Shown one piece after another: positions 1 through 13,444 of a DNA stretch of 64,000 nt. The notes beneath the pieces were generated by a model. It saw nothing but the letters and a program-made list of their open reading frames with translations. It did no database searches and was not told where the DNA came from. The position numbers and the translations under genes are program-made. The first letter of the stretch is position 1; every line of letters starts with the position of its first letter. Source of the stretch: Octopus sinensis (taxonomy: Eukaryota); the NCBI RefSeq assembly GCF_006345805.1, contig NC_043015.1, forward strand, positions 48,174,001 through 48,238,000. Direction: 5' to 3'.

Positions 1-99
1 CATCAACACTCGGCCAACAGTGTACGGCAATCTCCTTCTTCGCCACCTCTCCTTCGCACAGTCGTTCTACAAGATCGACCGCAATACGCAACTCGTGTA

Positions 100-420
100 C
101 AATTTATCGACCCCCGAAAGGATGAAAGGCAAAGTCAACCTCGGCGGAATTTGAACTCCGAACATAAAGACAGATGAAATACCTATTTCTTTACTACCCA
201 CAAAGGGCTAAACACAGAGAGGACAAACAAGGACAGACAAACAAATTAAGTCGATTATATAAACCCCAGTGCGTAACTGGTACTTATTTAATCGATCCCC
301 AAAGGATGAAAGGCAAAGTCGACCTCGGCGGAATTTGAACTCAGAACGTAGCGGCAGACAAAATACCGCTGAGCATTTCACCCGGCGTGCTAACGTTTCT
401 GCCAGCTTGTCGCCTTGGCA
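100..420 (-). mobile_element. SINE-B, two tandem units
   Basis: GATGAAAGGCAAAGTC.ACCTCGGCGGAATTTGAACTC at ~121 and ~304. Further copies at ~33650-33790, 38040-38440(-), 41630-41800, 44040-44185(-), 55430-55800. Confidence 0.85.
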
Positions 421-1171
421 GATGTTATTGCTGGCTTTGAAGGTAAATCACCGATGATGTGCCAGATAAATTAACACGATGCAAGTGTGGCTGTATGGTT
501 AAGAAGCTCACTTTGCAATACACGTGCTCTCGGGTTCAATTCCACTGCGAAGCACCTTGGACAAGTGTCTTCAACCATAGTCCTGGGCTGACCATCGCCT
601 TGTGAGTGGATCTTGTAAACGAAAACTGTGTGGAAGCTTGTTGTATATGTAAATATCCATGTCTCTTTGTGTTTGTGTGTGTCTTTGTATTCGTGTATGT
701 CCCCGCACACACACACACAACTGCTTGACAACCGGTGCTGGTTTGTTTACGTCCTTGTAACATAACGGTTCTGCAAAAAGAGACAGAATAAACATCACTT
801 TTAAAATAAAAAATACATTAGTACTAGGGGCGAATAGTTTGGATAAATTATTCAAGGTGATGCCCCAGTTTGGCCACCGTTCAATGACTGGAACAAACAA
901 AAAAGATAAAACAGCAAAATAATATAATGCTTGTTTTGGATGGAAGTCAGCCAGTCTCTTTTCTGTCGTTTCCCATTAGTGTCCAGAAATTTCAAGACAT
1001 TTTCTGGGAAAGATTCAGTGTTTATGTTCGTTTGCAATTGTTTGTGAAGTGAGATATGGCCATTGATAATGCTTAAGGTGAAGGCCTACAAGACTTACCA
1101 TTCTTCTTGACAGAACAGAATGTATCGCTACATCAACCTTAGCGGACTCTTAGTGAAATTTGCTCTCACTC

Positions 1172-1906
1172 TGTTATATATAACATAAATACGGACGTAG
1201 CAGATAACAGCTAACCTTCAGCCGGTTGGACCCTGTTGTGTCCACTACTCTGATTGGTTGGTATTGGCGCAATTTGTCTCTTGCTCTATTATACGCCAAT
1301 TTGCAACCCAACCAATCGCAACCTTCTGATAAGGTCCCATGATACAGTCTTCTAAATTCTCTGTTGGAGCCTCCTAGTCTCTATAAAAGCTAATCACAAC
1401 AAACCATATTTTGTCTTTGGTCTTAGACCTCATAAGGTCTCGCCGCTGACCACAAGCACTCAGCCAGTTCCAGCGACAGACACCACTAGCAGTATTCAGG
1501 ACCTCCACCACCGTCGCCGTCATCTTATCGACGCCAACAACATCTCTACGTACACAGCCACTTCGCTCTGGTTTAACCTCACGCTGTTTGTGAATACTTC
1601 ACCATGGTTAACAGCAAGGACTACCTGCGAGAACCTTCTGTACCAAGTAACCCGGCAACAGCATTGTAGCCACAACCTCTTACACGACACGTGCAGTAAC
1701 CGGCTCTGCCTTTTTCGCCTCAACTTCTTGTTACAGAACTTCAACTAATGTGTACCTGACTACGAACTGATATTTATCTTCGTTGTGTCTGAACTTCTAG
1801 CGTCCTATTGTAAACTCTTTCCATGCTCTATATTTTAACTCACGCGCATACATCCTTGTTTGTACACACATACACATTATATATGCATGACGGCCTGTCT
1901 ATTGCC

Positions 1907-1970
<64 letters not shown>

Positions 1971-2026
1971 GTTATTATTATTATTATATTATTATTATTA
2001 TTATATTATTATTATTATTATTATTA

Positions 2027-2058
<32 letters not shown>

Positions 2059-2160
2059 TATGTACTTATGTCGCACACACAGACATACACTCTGCTGCCA
2101 CATAAATAAAACCAATCAGAAAACAGGATTTAGAAGCTGGCATTTTCTGCATGATAACTT
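1172..2160 (+). mobile_element. Possible solo LTR containing a (TAT)n array
   Basis: Starts TGTTAT; CCAAT/ATTGG boxes ~1252-1315, TATAAAAG at ~1382, AATAAA at ~2105. 3' end and TSD not confirmed. Confidence 0.35.
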
Positions 2161-2407
2161 CGATTAAACAAAATGAAAGCAATATATTACGACTACGTTG
2201 TAAGAAGTTTTGATGTTTTAATGTTTTAATAAATTTAAATGAATGAAGTCAAGTGAAACATTGGCACGGGCAATATAAAAAGGAAAAATTATCAATGACT
2301 TTTTTTTTCTTTTTGAGAAAAATTACGAAAACAAGATTGTACGTTAAACTACGTTCAGTTCATGTAAACAATTAATAGCGGAAATTTAAAAACGGAAGTT
2401 TGAGCTA

Positions 2408-2592
2408 CATTGGGGTTGGGGTTAGAGTTAGGATTAAGGGTTGCAGTTTAGGGTTACAGTTAGCGTTTAGAGATAGAATCAGGGTTTACGTTAAAGAGTT
2501 AGGGATGGGGTTTAGGTTAGAATTAAGGTTCAGGGTTCGAATTAGGTTGAGGTTTAAGGTTAGAATTAGGGTTCAGGGATGGCGTTAGGGTC
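2408..2592 (+). repeat. Degenerate TTAGGG-like repeats
   Basis: GTTAGGG/TTAGGA/TCAGGG 6-mers; a (CCCTAA)4 tract also at ~12226-12250. Confidence 0.75.
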
Positions 2593-3175
2593 AGTCCGAC
2601 CAGTGGATAACCTGGAGTTAATCAATTAGTAACATAATTTTTAGTGAACATTTTTCTAATAAGCTTCTGGAACAAGTGAATAAAAAAATAAGATTCAGCC
2701 AGAAAAGTTACATCAAAATACCAAATTTGAAAAAACAATACATTTTTTTGTAACGAAAATTTAAAAACGAAAGTTCGGAATACAAGTACAGTGGTTTTAA
2801 ACAGACGGCAGCTTGACTTGTTACTATAGAAACAGGCACCAATGTGTCTGTGGCTTACGATTGGCTAAAATTACCCAACATTTTCAAACTTTAAAAGCTT
2901 TATTCTCTTATTCTTTTACTTGTTTCAGTCATTTGATTGCAGCCATGCTGGAGCACCACCCTGACGGATTTTAGTTGAACAAATCGACCCCAGGAATTAT
3001 TTTTAAACTTAATACTTATTCTATCGGCCTTGTTTGCCGAACCGCTAAGTTACGGGAATGTAAACACAGCAACAGCGGTTGTCAAGCGGTGATGCGGGGA
3101 CAAACACAAACACAAAGACACACACAGAGAAATATCTAAACACACACACATACATGCACATACACACACATACAT

Positions 3176-3246
<71 letters not shown>

Positions 3247-3846
3247 CACATTGAGCTTCTTTCAGTTTCCGTGTACCAAGGCTTTGGTCGGCCCGAGGCT
3301 ATAGTAGGAGACACTTGCCCGAGGTGTCACGCAGTGGGACTGAACACGGAACCATGTAGTTGGGAAGCAAGCTTCTTACTACCCTGCCACGCCTGCGCCT
3401 ATTAACTTTTTACTTATAAATATATGGCAAAAATGAATTTCCTTTTCGTAATTAGCATGCAAAACTACATAAATACACCAAATTTGAAATGAATTGGAAC
3501 AAAAAAGAATTGAAAAGTGACAGCCAAGGAGAAAAGATCCCAAAATTTCTCTTGATGTTCCTTAGCAGCAGTGTTGACCTAGATGTTTCGTAATTGATAA
3601 ACACTGAAATACAATTTTATTGTGAAGAGGAAAACAAACCTTGTGGGATGGGTGAGGAATGTAGCTGTCATACGTATGGTATGTACGTCACGTTTTCAGT
3701 TATGTCATGTGCATTATAATCCCCTATTAATCACCGGGTCTATCAGTAAACGTTATTATCACTATTTTATTTCATTTATATTATAGTGTTCCGTTATCAG
3801 ATACTTCACTTTTATAAATGAATTTTGGTCAATGACCGTCTGAATA

Positions 3847-3911
<65 letters not shown>

Positions 3912-4129
3912 TGATGATGATAATAAATGCCCTGATGCAGTACCAGGCAGTGGTTCTCATGGCTTCTGATCTTAACTGATTGGAAGGGTCATTATGTACA
4001 TTGTTTTGTCTTGGTATAAAAGATGGGCTACAGCAAATAATTCTGCTCAATACCACAGATTTGCTTGTGTGTTGCTTAACCATAACCAGTTGAGCATGTC
4101 CCTTAGTGGCTGATGATATGTGCTGTCCA

Positions 4130-5130
4130 GGTAGGTGAAAGTGCCTGGTGTTCGATACTATGGTGGTGACATCGTCTGCTTATGCCGACACGGTTCTCCT
4201 ACGTCCCATTTCGCCGGAAAGCCTTTCAACGCCTCCAATTTCCACACTAGTAGCTCTAGAGCCAGTACATACAAAAGACACGAGAGGGGACACCTTGGCG
4301 GACCGCGCACATGATGCTGGATGGTTCCAATACGTAACCGTTCACCCGGACTACTGAGCAGATATCGCTGTACATTGTCGCTATACATCCAGCCATAGAA
4401 AATGGGGCCGTAACCGGCCGCCCTAAGAACAGTTGCTAAGTATTGGTTGTCAGCCTCATCGAAGGCTTTGGATTGATCCAAACTGATCAGGGACCCACCC
4501 ATGCCAGCTTCTTTACTCACCCTGTCAGTGATGTATTGCATGAGATGGAATTGGTTGTAGATTGGTCTGCTTGGGATGGCACATTTTGAGCATCACTAAT
4601 AAACTCCTCTAGGACAAGCGCCAACCTTTTCATTAACGCCTTGGCTAAATTTCTTAAATCTGCTTTCAGCAGCGTTATGGGCCCAAAATTTTCTATTTGA
4701 TTCCCCTTGTTTGGGTCCTTTCTCAGTAGTGCCACCGCTCTTCGACTCACCGAGCTAGGAATTCTCCCATCCTGCTGCCTGTTGCGGTAGATATCTACTA
4801 AGAGGCTGTCAAACAAGTTGAGCATATAAAAGTAAATTTCACAGGGCAGACCATCCAAACCAAGCGATTTGATTCCCATGGTGCCCGTCATCGCATCCCG
4901 TACTTCCGTGGCTGTTATCAACATTTCGCAACGCTCCACTCCCCTTGCTTTCCGGCTTGCCATTCGTCCGAAACAGCTGGGCGAAATACTGCTGAAATGT
5001 TATACACATCTACTCCGGATTGAGTACCACCAAAGACCAAATTGTGGCTTTATTGCCACGTTGCACCTCTTCCACTCGGGGTCATCGAGCGGCTTTCGTT
5101 CCCTAGTTTCATAGACCGCGCGTCTTAGCT
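4130..5130 (-). mobile_element. Decayed Tx1/L1-clade LINE reverse transcriptase fragment
   Basis: KS(L)GLDGLP, PITLL.AD...LAK.L..RL, SLDQSKAFD, and SA*ADD (YADD with a stop); frameshifted. Confidence 0.88.
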
Positions 5131-6054
5131 CTGACAATGCATCCTTCGTGTGTAGTGTTGAAGTTTTGGCCCAGGGCCAATCTCGTTGTCATCACAACGG
5201 TTGTGATGCCTCTCTTAAGTGCTTCTTCTAAACAAGAAAACAATAACAATTTGCAAAAAAAAAAAATTAAAATCTTAACGAATAAAATCTCCAACAAGGG
5301 GTGAGAAACCACCCAAGTGCAACAAAGGAACCCCGAAGATCTCGAGCCACTTTACTCACCAAAGGTACCAAAGCAAGTGCTCATCTCTTCTTCGTATTCC
5401 TCAACCTACAAACGCCAGCATATGTTAGGCCCACTCACTCGGAGCATCTTCGCCCCATTCACCCATCTTTTAACAAATTTACTGGGAAACAGTGAAGGCG
5501 CGTGGCCAAGTGGTTAGGGTGTCGGGCTCGTTATCGTAAGACTGTGGTTTCGATCCCTGGACTGAGCAATGCGTTGTGTTCTTGAGCAAAATACTTCATT
5601 TCATGTTACACCAGTCCAAACAGCTTGTAAAAATGAATATTCCAGCTATGGACAGGCGTCTCGTTCAGTGAAGAATAATATACATCACAGAAATCGGGAA
5701 ACTGACGCTGAGTCTATATGATACGGGATTGAGCTGCTGGAAGACATTATATCCTTTTCAGCTCTCACCTTACTTTTCCAATGGAAATTTTAAATCGATG
5801 AGGCCTTGATCGAAGAGGAAAGTGTCTTTCTTTTGTCGTTTCCGCCCCGTCCACCACACAACCCCTTTCGCCAAGCCACAGACAGAGAAAAAATGCCTGC
5901 CCTTTCCGACAAAAGGAAGACGGCAGTACGATCTTCATGATGGATTCTGTCGACTGCCGGATTCTCTTACACGTGACAATAGCTGTTCGGCATATCGCCA
6001 CAAGTCAGCAGCAATGCTTCGAGCGCTGTATGAGCAGTAATAATGTCGCAATAA

Positions 6055-7459
6055 TCTATATATATAAAACTGTAGTTGTGTGAGTGTCTGTCCCCTTCGA
6101 TTTAGATTCCTAACTACTCCCACATTTTGCGGTGCAGTTTAACCAAATTCGGGTATCTTATAGTCGTGATTCATATCGAGCCCTTCTGTGTATTAGCGCG
6201 CGTCTACAATGAGTCTACGATTTTAAAAATAATTTAACATCATTTTTTTCCATTTTAATGCATATTTTTTTAATTGGCGGCGGAGTTGGCGTCCATGCTC
6301 ACACCTGCACCTGTGTTGCTTCTCCCCCTTCTTCCCTCCCTCGTGAAGCTGTGGGGAAGGGAGTGTAAGGAAATCAACGTCGTAAAGCGTTGTCAAGGAG
6401 ACCAGCGTTCTTTTAGAACAACGACTTCATGGCTTGAAGTCACCAAAACAGAAATCGCTAAAAAAGCTGAAACAGATCCACAAAAACGGCAAAAACCGCC
6501 ACACAGGGCAGGTTTCCTGTGCAAACAGTTTGCACAACCGAATGTTTTAGTTGTTGCACAAATCTTTATATATAAAAGTGAAGTGTGGTCTGTCTCCTAC
6601 GATTTAGATTCCTAACTACTCCCACATTTTGCGGTGCAGTTTAACCAAAACGGGTATCTTATAGTCGTGATTCATATCGAGCCCTTCTGTGTATTAGCGC
6701 GCGTCTACAATGAGTCTACGATTTAAAAAATAATTTAACATCATTTTTTTCCATTTTAACGCATATTTTTTTAATTGGCGGCGGAGTTGGCGTCCATGCT
6801 CACACCTGCACCTGTGTTGCTTCTCCCCCTTCTTCCCTCCCTCGTGAAGCTGTGGGGAAGGGAGTGTAAGGAAATCAACGTCGTAAAGCGTTGTCAAGGA
6901 GACCAGCGTTCTTTTAGAACAACGACTTCATGGCTTGAAGTCACCAAAACAGAAATCGCTAAAAAAGCTGAAACAGATCCACAAAAACGGCAAAAACCGC
7001 CACACAGGGCAGGTTTCCTGTGCAAACAATTTGCGCAACCGAATGTTTTAGTTGTTGCACAAATCTTTATATATAAAAGTGAAGTTGTGTCTGTCTCCTA
7101 CGATTTAGATTCCTAACTACTCCCACATTTTGCGGTGCAGTTTAACTAAAACCGGGTATCTTATAGTCGTGATTCATATCGAGCCCTTCTGGGTATTAGC
7201 GCGCGTCTACGATGAGTCTATGATTTAAAAAAAAATTTACCATCATTTTTTCCGTTTTAATGCATTTTTTCGCTATTATATAAGGGAAGTAACTCTCTAA
7301 AAATGTCTACGATGAGTCAACGATTTAAAAAAAAATTACCATCATTTTTTATTCCATTTTTAATGCATTTTTTTTGCTATTTTTTTGCTATAACTAACTA
7401 AAAATGCTCATATAGTTATTTCCCTTACAAACCCGAGCAACGCCGGGCGATACTGTTAG
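6055..7459 (+). mobile_element. Non-autonomous Helitron with an internal 501-bp tandem duplication (~2.5 units)
   Basis: A|TC start, subterminal hairpin CCCGAGCAACGCCGGG, 3' end TTAG|T (CTAG variant); near-identical ORFs at 6274 and 6775 are offset by 501 bp. Confidence 0.8.
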
Positions 7460-7660
7460 TGAATAATAAAGGTCAGATATTAAGATTTAAGTGTCTTCTG
7501 GGTTCTTTTTTATTTTTGTTTTCCGGCAATTTGACAAACAATAAGAAAAATGTCTGTTTTGAGTGCAAACCGGAAATAAAAAGTCGGTTGGAAACAATTT
7601 ATAACATTCATAGGTTAGGAGCGACACAAGACGATGACATCATTACGCTAATCAAACCCA

Positions 7661-7697
<37 letters not shown>

Positions 7698-7829
7698 CAC
7701 ACACACATGATGAGTCATAACATCTGGCCATTTTCTAAGAAGACAATATACTAAGGCATCCTTACTTTGTAACATTGATTTCTTATGGGGGATTATTACG
7801 ATCACCTGATCGGAGTCTGTCTGTCTGTT

Positions 7830-8400
<571 letters not shown>

Positions 8401-8556
8401 GGTCGGGGACATGGTTGTATGGTAAGAAGTTTGCGACCATATGGTTCCGGGTTCAGTTTCATTGCGTGGCAACTTGGACAAGTGTCTTCTACCATAGCCT
8501 CCAGCCGACCAAACCCTTGTGGGCGGATCTGGTAAACGGAAACTGAAAGAAGTCCG

Positions 8557-8603
<47 letters not shown>

Positions 8604-9906
8604 CGTGCGTTCGCGCGCGCGCATGTGTTCGCGTGTGCGTGCGTGCGCGTGTGTGTATGTGTGCCTGCGATTGTGTGTGTATGTGTACCTACGCGCGTAT
8701 TGGATTGGATTGCTTATGTTCAGTCCACTGCAGAATGAAGGCCTCGGTATGTTCTCTCCACGGGTTAATGTGGGGCCGTGAGTTTGAGCTTGAGATCATA
8801 CTGGTATATACATACATACACATACGCACACACACACACATATACGTACGTACATACATGCATACATACATACATACATACATACATACATACATACATA
8901 CATACAATACATTAAAAGTCAGCTTGAATCTTGTTTGCTTGCAATGTTACCCAGCCAAACTGGCGCATAAGGGGAACATTCTATGAATTAAGTTTTTCCC
9001 CTGAAATGTAAATACGAACGAAATAAAACACATTTTGAGTAAATTGGACAAGTGGTTGTGGAGATATTAGGAGTTTTCGGGGGTATAACTACCCAAAATA
9101 GTGCATAATGAGAAAAATTCCGAAATTAAACTTAACTCTGGAAGGGAAGAAACTCTTACCTTTCGATTAGACGCAGTGACTTGACAACGAAAAAATACGA
9201 TTTGTTTTTTTACAGTAAATCTTTCTATTTTCACTTTTGTTAAACACAAAATTTTAATCATTTATAAATATTTTTAACTGAAGATGATTTCAAAAATGTA
9301 AGTTGTTTGTACAGTAAGTATCTTTTATTTTAGCTGTCTTTAAACAGACAATATTTTAATGTTTTTAAAATTATTTTCAAATGAATAACTATGACAAAAA
9401 TTCTTTTTGGTATAGTTTAAAATATTTTAAAGTGAAAATAACTTTAAAAATACAGTAAATATTTCGTAAAAGACCTGTTCGTAACCTCGGTGTGAAATAA
9501 TTTTTTTCTATAGGTTTTTTTCAAGTGCATTCAACGTATCTCACCTCCAAAGATTTGGCCGCTATTTCTAACATGCCCTACTACCATATAACGGCTATTT
9601 GCGATAAAGGACCTGAAATACTTGTTACATCGTAACAGGGCGTGCAAGAAATAGAAGCCAAATCTTTCCTTTTCTGGGGAAAGGAGCCGTTTACGTGTGA
9701 TTTCGATGTCACATTCGTTGAAAGCATGCGAAATAAGCTGGAAAAAACCCTGCGAGGCAAAATTCCGTTGCTGGGAAACTCAGATTTTAACCGGTAGTTA
9801 GTATATATATGAAGGGATGGTTGCATCAAAGGAAATACTGGTTCAATACCTAATATTGTTGGGAAATTAAATTCCCTTAAAACAATAGGTATATATTAAG
9901 CGTATA

Positions 9907-10323
9907 GTTTATATCCAGTTAAAAGAAGAAAAGAAAATGGAGATAAGGAAGGTAGCAAATATTTATCATTAACAAATCGGTCATCTTCGCTTCTTACAGC
10001 CGTTTCAATTAACACTCAATAATTTAATTACAAATGTGTACATTAAATTCGCATTTATGTGACATGAGAATAATTTCAGCAGAATTGTCTACTGAAATGA
10101 ATTGATAGGTCCACAGATAACATCCCAAAGTACATCTCTTTTTTTTTCTCTCTGGTGAAATTATGCTCATATCACATCAATGCAAATTTAATGTACAAAT
10201 TTGTTATTAAATTATTGAGTATTAATTAAAATGGCTGTAAGAAGCGAAGATGATCAATTTGTTAATAATAGATAATTGTTAACTTCCTTATCTCCATTTT
10301 TCTTCTTTTAATTGGATATAAAC
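9907..10323. mobile_element. MITE with long imperfect TIRs and TA flanks (Tc1/mariner-like target)
   Basis: GTTTATATCCAGTTAAAAGAAG...ATGGAGATAAGGAAG mirrored at the right end; arms extend over 150 bp. Confidence 0.8.
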
Positions 10324-10344
10324 TACACACACACACACAATTAA

Positions 10345-10560
10345 TTTTTAAAAAAAACGGAGTAAAAGACAAGAATAAAATGAAACAACGCGAGGACGTG
10401 GTACATGCAAAGTATTAATAAGACGCTCAGGGAAAGAGAGAAAGGGTATTTTACGTTTCGAGCAAAGCTCTTCTTCAGAAACAGGAGACAGAGGGAAGTC
10501 CAAAAGAAAAGGAAAACGGGGGCGAAAAATCGCCAACAATCCACATGTGGTTACATTTTG
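10345..10560 (-). mobile_element. Short dispersed element (third family) carrying a minimal hammerhead motif
   Basis: Minus strand reads TGTTT-CTGAAGA-A-GAGC-TTT-GCTC-GAAAC-GTA-AAATA (10484-10447). Related copies at ~8050-8240 and ~50955-51140. Confidence 0.6.
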
Positions 10561-10567
10561 GAATATA

Positions 10568-10607
<40 letters not shown>

Positions 10608-10785
10608 GAGACTTCATTTGGGCATAGAATACATTCAAACTTGAATCGGCAAATTTCTCCAAACATTTCAACAGCATTTTTTCACAGAAAAACGGTAGTT
10701 GATAAGTGTTTCATTCAACACATGGCTTTACCAAGTCAATTTATGTATATACATACATACATACATACATACATACATACATACA

Positions 10786-10821
<36 letters not shown>

Positions 10822-12921
10822 TATAATATATATATATATGTAAATGTAATATGTGACAATTATTCGGTAGCCAAGATAAAACTCCGAGTTTCGGATGCCG
10901 CATTGGAAATTCACGCCGCCATCTCTTCAGTTATCCGGCCATCAGAAAAACACTATGAAAAATGACCATTATACAAAGGGAAATTACTGTGTTATTGACC
11001 GCTATTAAGACAAAAGAGCTATTCGAATGACAGCTAAGTAAGGTAAGGGGGTAAAAAGTTCATAGTATTTGCGTAAGCGCGCCTGTTCATACCTACACAT
11101 GTGCGCCTGCACATGTATAGGTATGAATAGTTTGCCCCAGTATATAATAAGGCTCTAAAAGATAGTGATTTTAGCGAGGAAATAACCTATACACCTGCCA
11201 CCAGCCCAACAATAAAGAAGAGAAGACATAGGAATAGGAAAACTATCTGGTTCAGAGAGGAAGAGGGAGGGAGAGAGGGAGATAGAGAGGGAAAAAGCAA
11301 GAGAGAGAGAGAGAGAGTTGTGTTCACTTCCTCAATATTCTCGGGTAATGAACTTTACAAATCTTAGGAATTTAACATTGAAATCTTACGCAGAAAAAAA
11401 TTTAAGGAGCAATTGAATTGCAAGAGATGAAGGACGGAACTATTTTCTACACATGATGAGATTGACAGCATAACGTCCCCCACTTCCCCCCCTCTCTCTC
11501 TCTCTCCTTAATCAATAGATCTTTCTTTGCCGAACTGCTAAGTTATGGATACACAAACACAAACGTACTCACACAAACGCACAATGGGCTTCCACACAGT
11601 TTCCGTCTACCAAATTCGCTCACAGGACCATCTTTCTGTGAAAGTGGAATTAATCTAATTTTTTATTTTGGTAACAATGTTATTTTTTATCATTTCAAGT
11701 AAGGGAGACAATTCTTCGCATGGTTTAGTCATATTAGACCTCATTAGTAAAACATAACTGCAATGTACTTAGCGAGATAGAGATAGGGGAAATTATCAAA
11801 TGAAATTACAGTACTGTAAAGCAAAACGTCATGGACAGTTTATATTACTAAACTGGGTATTTTCTTAAATCTGTTAATTTTCTTGTCTATCAGGGTTACA
11901 TTACTACAATCCTTCTTAGATTCCGGATCTTTTCGGTTTGAACAGCAGCTTTTAACATAATTTCTAGGTAGCTAAAAAATTTTAAACTTCGTATACTAGT
12001 AGAATGTGTTTATTAAACATCTTTTTCTCTTGGCTTTATTGAAAAAATTCTATGGTTTGTAAGATATTTGTTGTTATTTTTTCATCAATTTCTGCAATTT
12101 CAACCAATCAATGACGTATATTGAGGTAAAAAATATTCTGTGCCGTATGAATATGTCCCTCGTTTAAGAAACAGATTGGGTTTATTTACATTTGTGAAGA
12201 AAAAAAGATACCCTTCCCCCCATCCCTAACCCTAACCCTAACCCTAAATGCAATAGATCGATAGTAGGGTCAGAGTTGTCTCCCGTACCTACCGAAATAA
12301 TGATCAAAATAATATCGATCAGCTCCTCTCGTCACCACATTAGTATTTCTAATTACTTTCTAGATATCTATCTACCTTAAGTAAGTTCACCCCCATTTGA
12401 CTGTCGATGTTCAAACCGATAGCGCCTCGGTGTAATTTTTGTTTCATAAGTAACATATTCGTTACACTCTTGACAGGATGAGCATTATAACCTGGAATAC
12501 AGAAAAAAAAAAAGAAATATAAATTATACCTTGATAAAATATAAGCAGAAAGGTGTATAAAATGCATGCAAACAGGCGTGAAAGAGTCTTACTGCCTTTT
12601 GTATCATTAGATGGGTGAACGTGATACTTCCAACAGGTAAATAATATGAAAAACAAGAAATTTGATATGAAAGATTAGTGAGAAACAAACGTTTATTGCA
12701 TATACTATATACATTTATAAATAAATAGCAGGCGTATTGCACACATTTATTGTCATAATGTGGCTGGCCCAACTGACATGATCAAGAGGCGAAACGATCA
12801 CCTTTTGTTTATTAATCTTGAATTCTTAACGAATATGAAACCACCTACAGCGTTAAAACATTTAGCCTCTATACCACTGAACATTTAAAAAATTCAAAAT
12901 ATATTGAGAAGTATTAGAATA

Positions 12922-13324
12922 TTTGGCGATCTTTCGTCTCTAGTAGACCTTTCCGTCGATTTCCGTAAAAAAATTTTTTTTTTACATATGGGCTTGCGGG
13001 AACTTTTGAAGTAATATACATACACATACACATACACCGAGTAAAAAATTTCAGTTATCTCTTTCTTTCACACACACTAACAGAAGCACTTCACTTACAC
13101 AACATGCTGTCTGTCTCCCACACCCATCAAACACACACACACATGTACATCAATGCTTCACATGCACGATAACTTCAAAAGAACTTCCCTCGTCATACAA
13201 TCGCTTTCTCTTAGTCTCTTTCGCTCTCATTACTTCAAAAGTTCCCGCAAGCCCATATGTAAAAAAAAAAAATTTTTTTACGGAAATCGACGGAAAGGTC
13301 TACTAGAGACGAAAGATTGCCGAA
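12922..13324. mobile_element. MITE with ~90-bp TIRs, TA/AATATT flanks, ~120 bp upstream of the proposed AK9 start
   Basis: GATCTTTCGTCTCTAGTAGACCTTTCCGTCGATTTCCGTAAAAA...CATATGGGCTTGCGGGAACTTTTGAAGTAAT mirrored at the right end. Confidence 0.82.
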
Positions 13325-13424
13325 TATTTAAAATAACAACAATACATTAATTTGTAAAAATATCGTTTTGGAGCTAAATAACCCGCGTCAATAAATAATA
13401 ACAAAAATTAAAACAGTTTATAAT

Positions 13425-13437
13425 GTTACTTAGCAAC
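13425..13437 (+). promoter_or_regulatory. RFX X-box candidate (GTTACT-T-AGCAAC)
   Basis: Fits GTNRCY-N0-3-RGYAAC and lies immediately upstream of the proposed ATG of a cilia/flagella gene. Confidence 0.5.
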
Positions 13438-13444
13438 TAGAAAT

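Noticed and set aside
5497-5570. tRNA genes at tRNA-like heads (also 21970, 47880-48190, 61420)
   Set aside because: They have A/B-box-like motifs but no complete cloverleaf, and each continues into a SINE body.
6274-7116. Two near-identical 113-aa ORFs suggesting a duplicated gene
   Set aside because: They fall inside the tandem units of a non-autonomous Helitron; the copy at 35190 has a different, broken frame.
9706-9793. Alternative phase-1 first exon (MSHSLKACEISW...ILT, donor G|GTAGTT)
   Set aside because: Phase-compatible, but it has a weaker donor, no X-box and no homology; 13445-13472 is the better candidate. Not excluded without RNA data.
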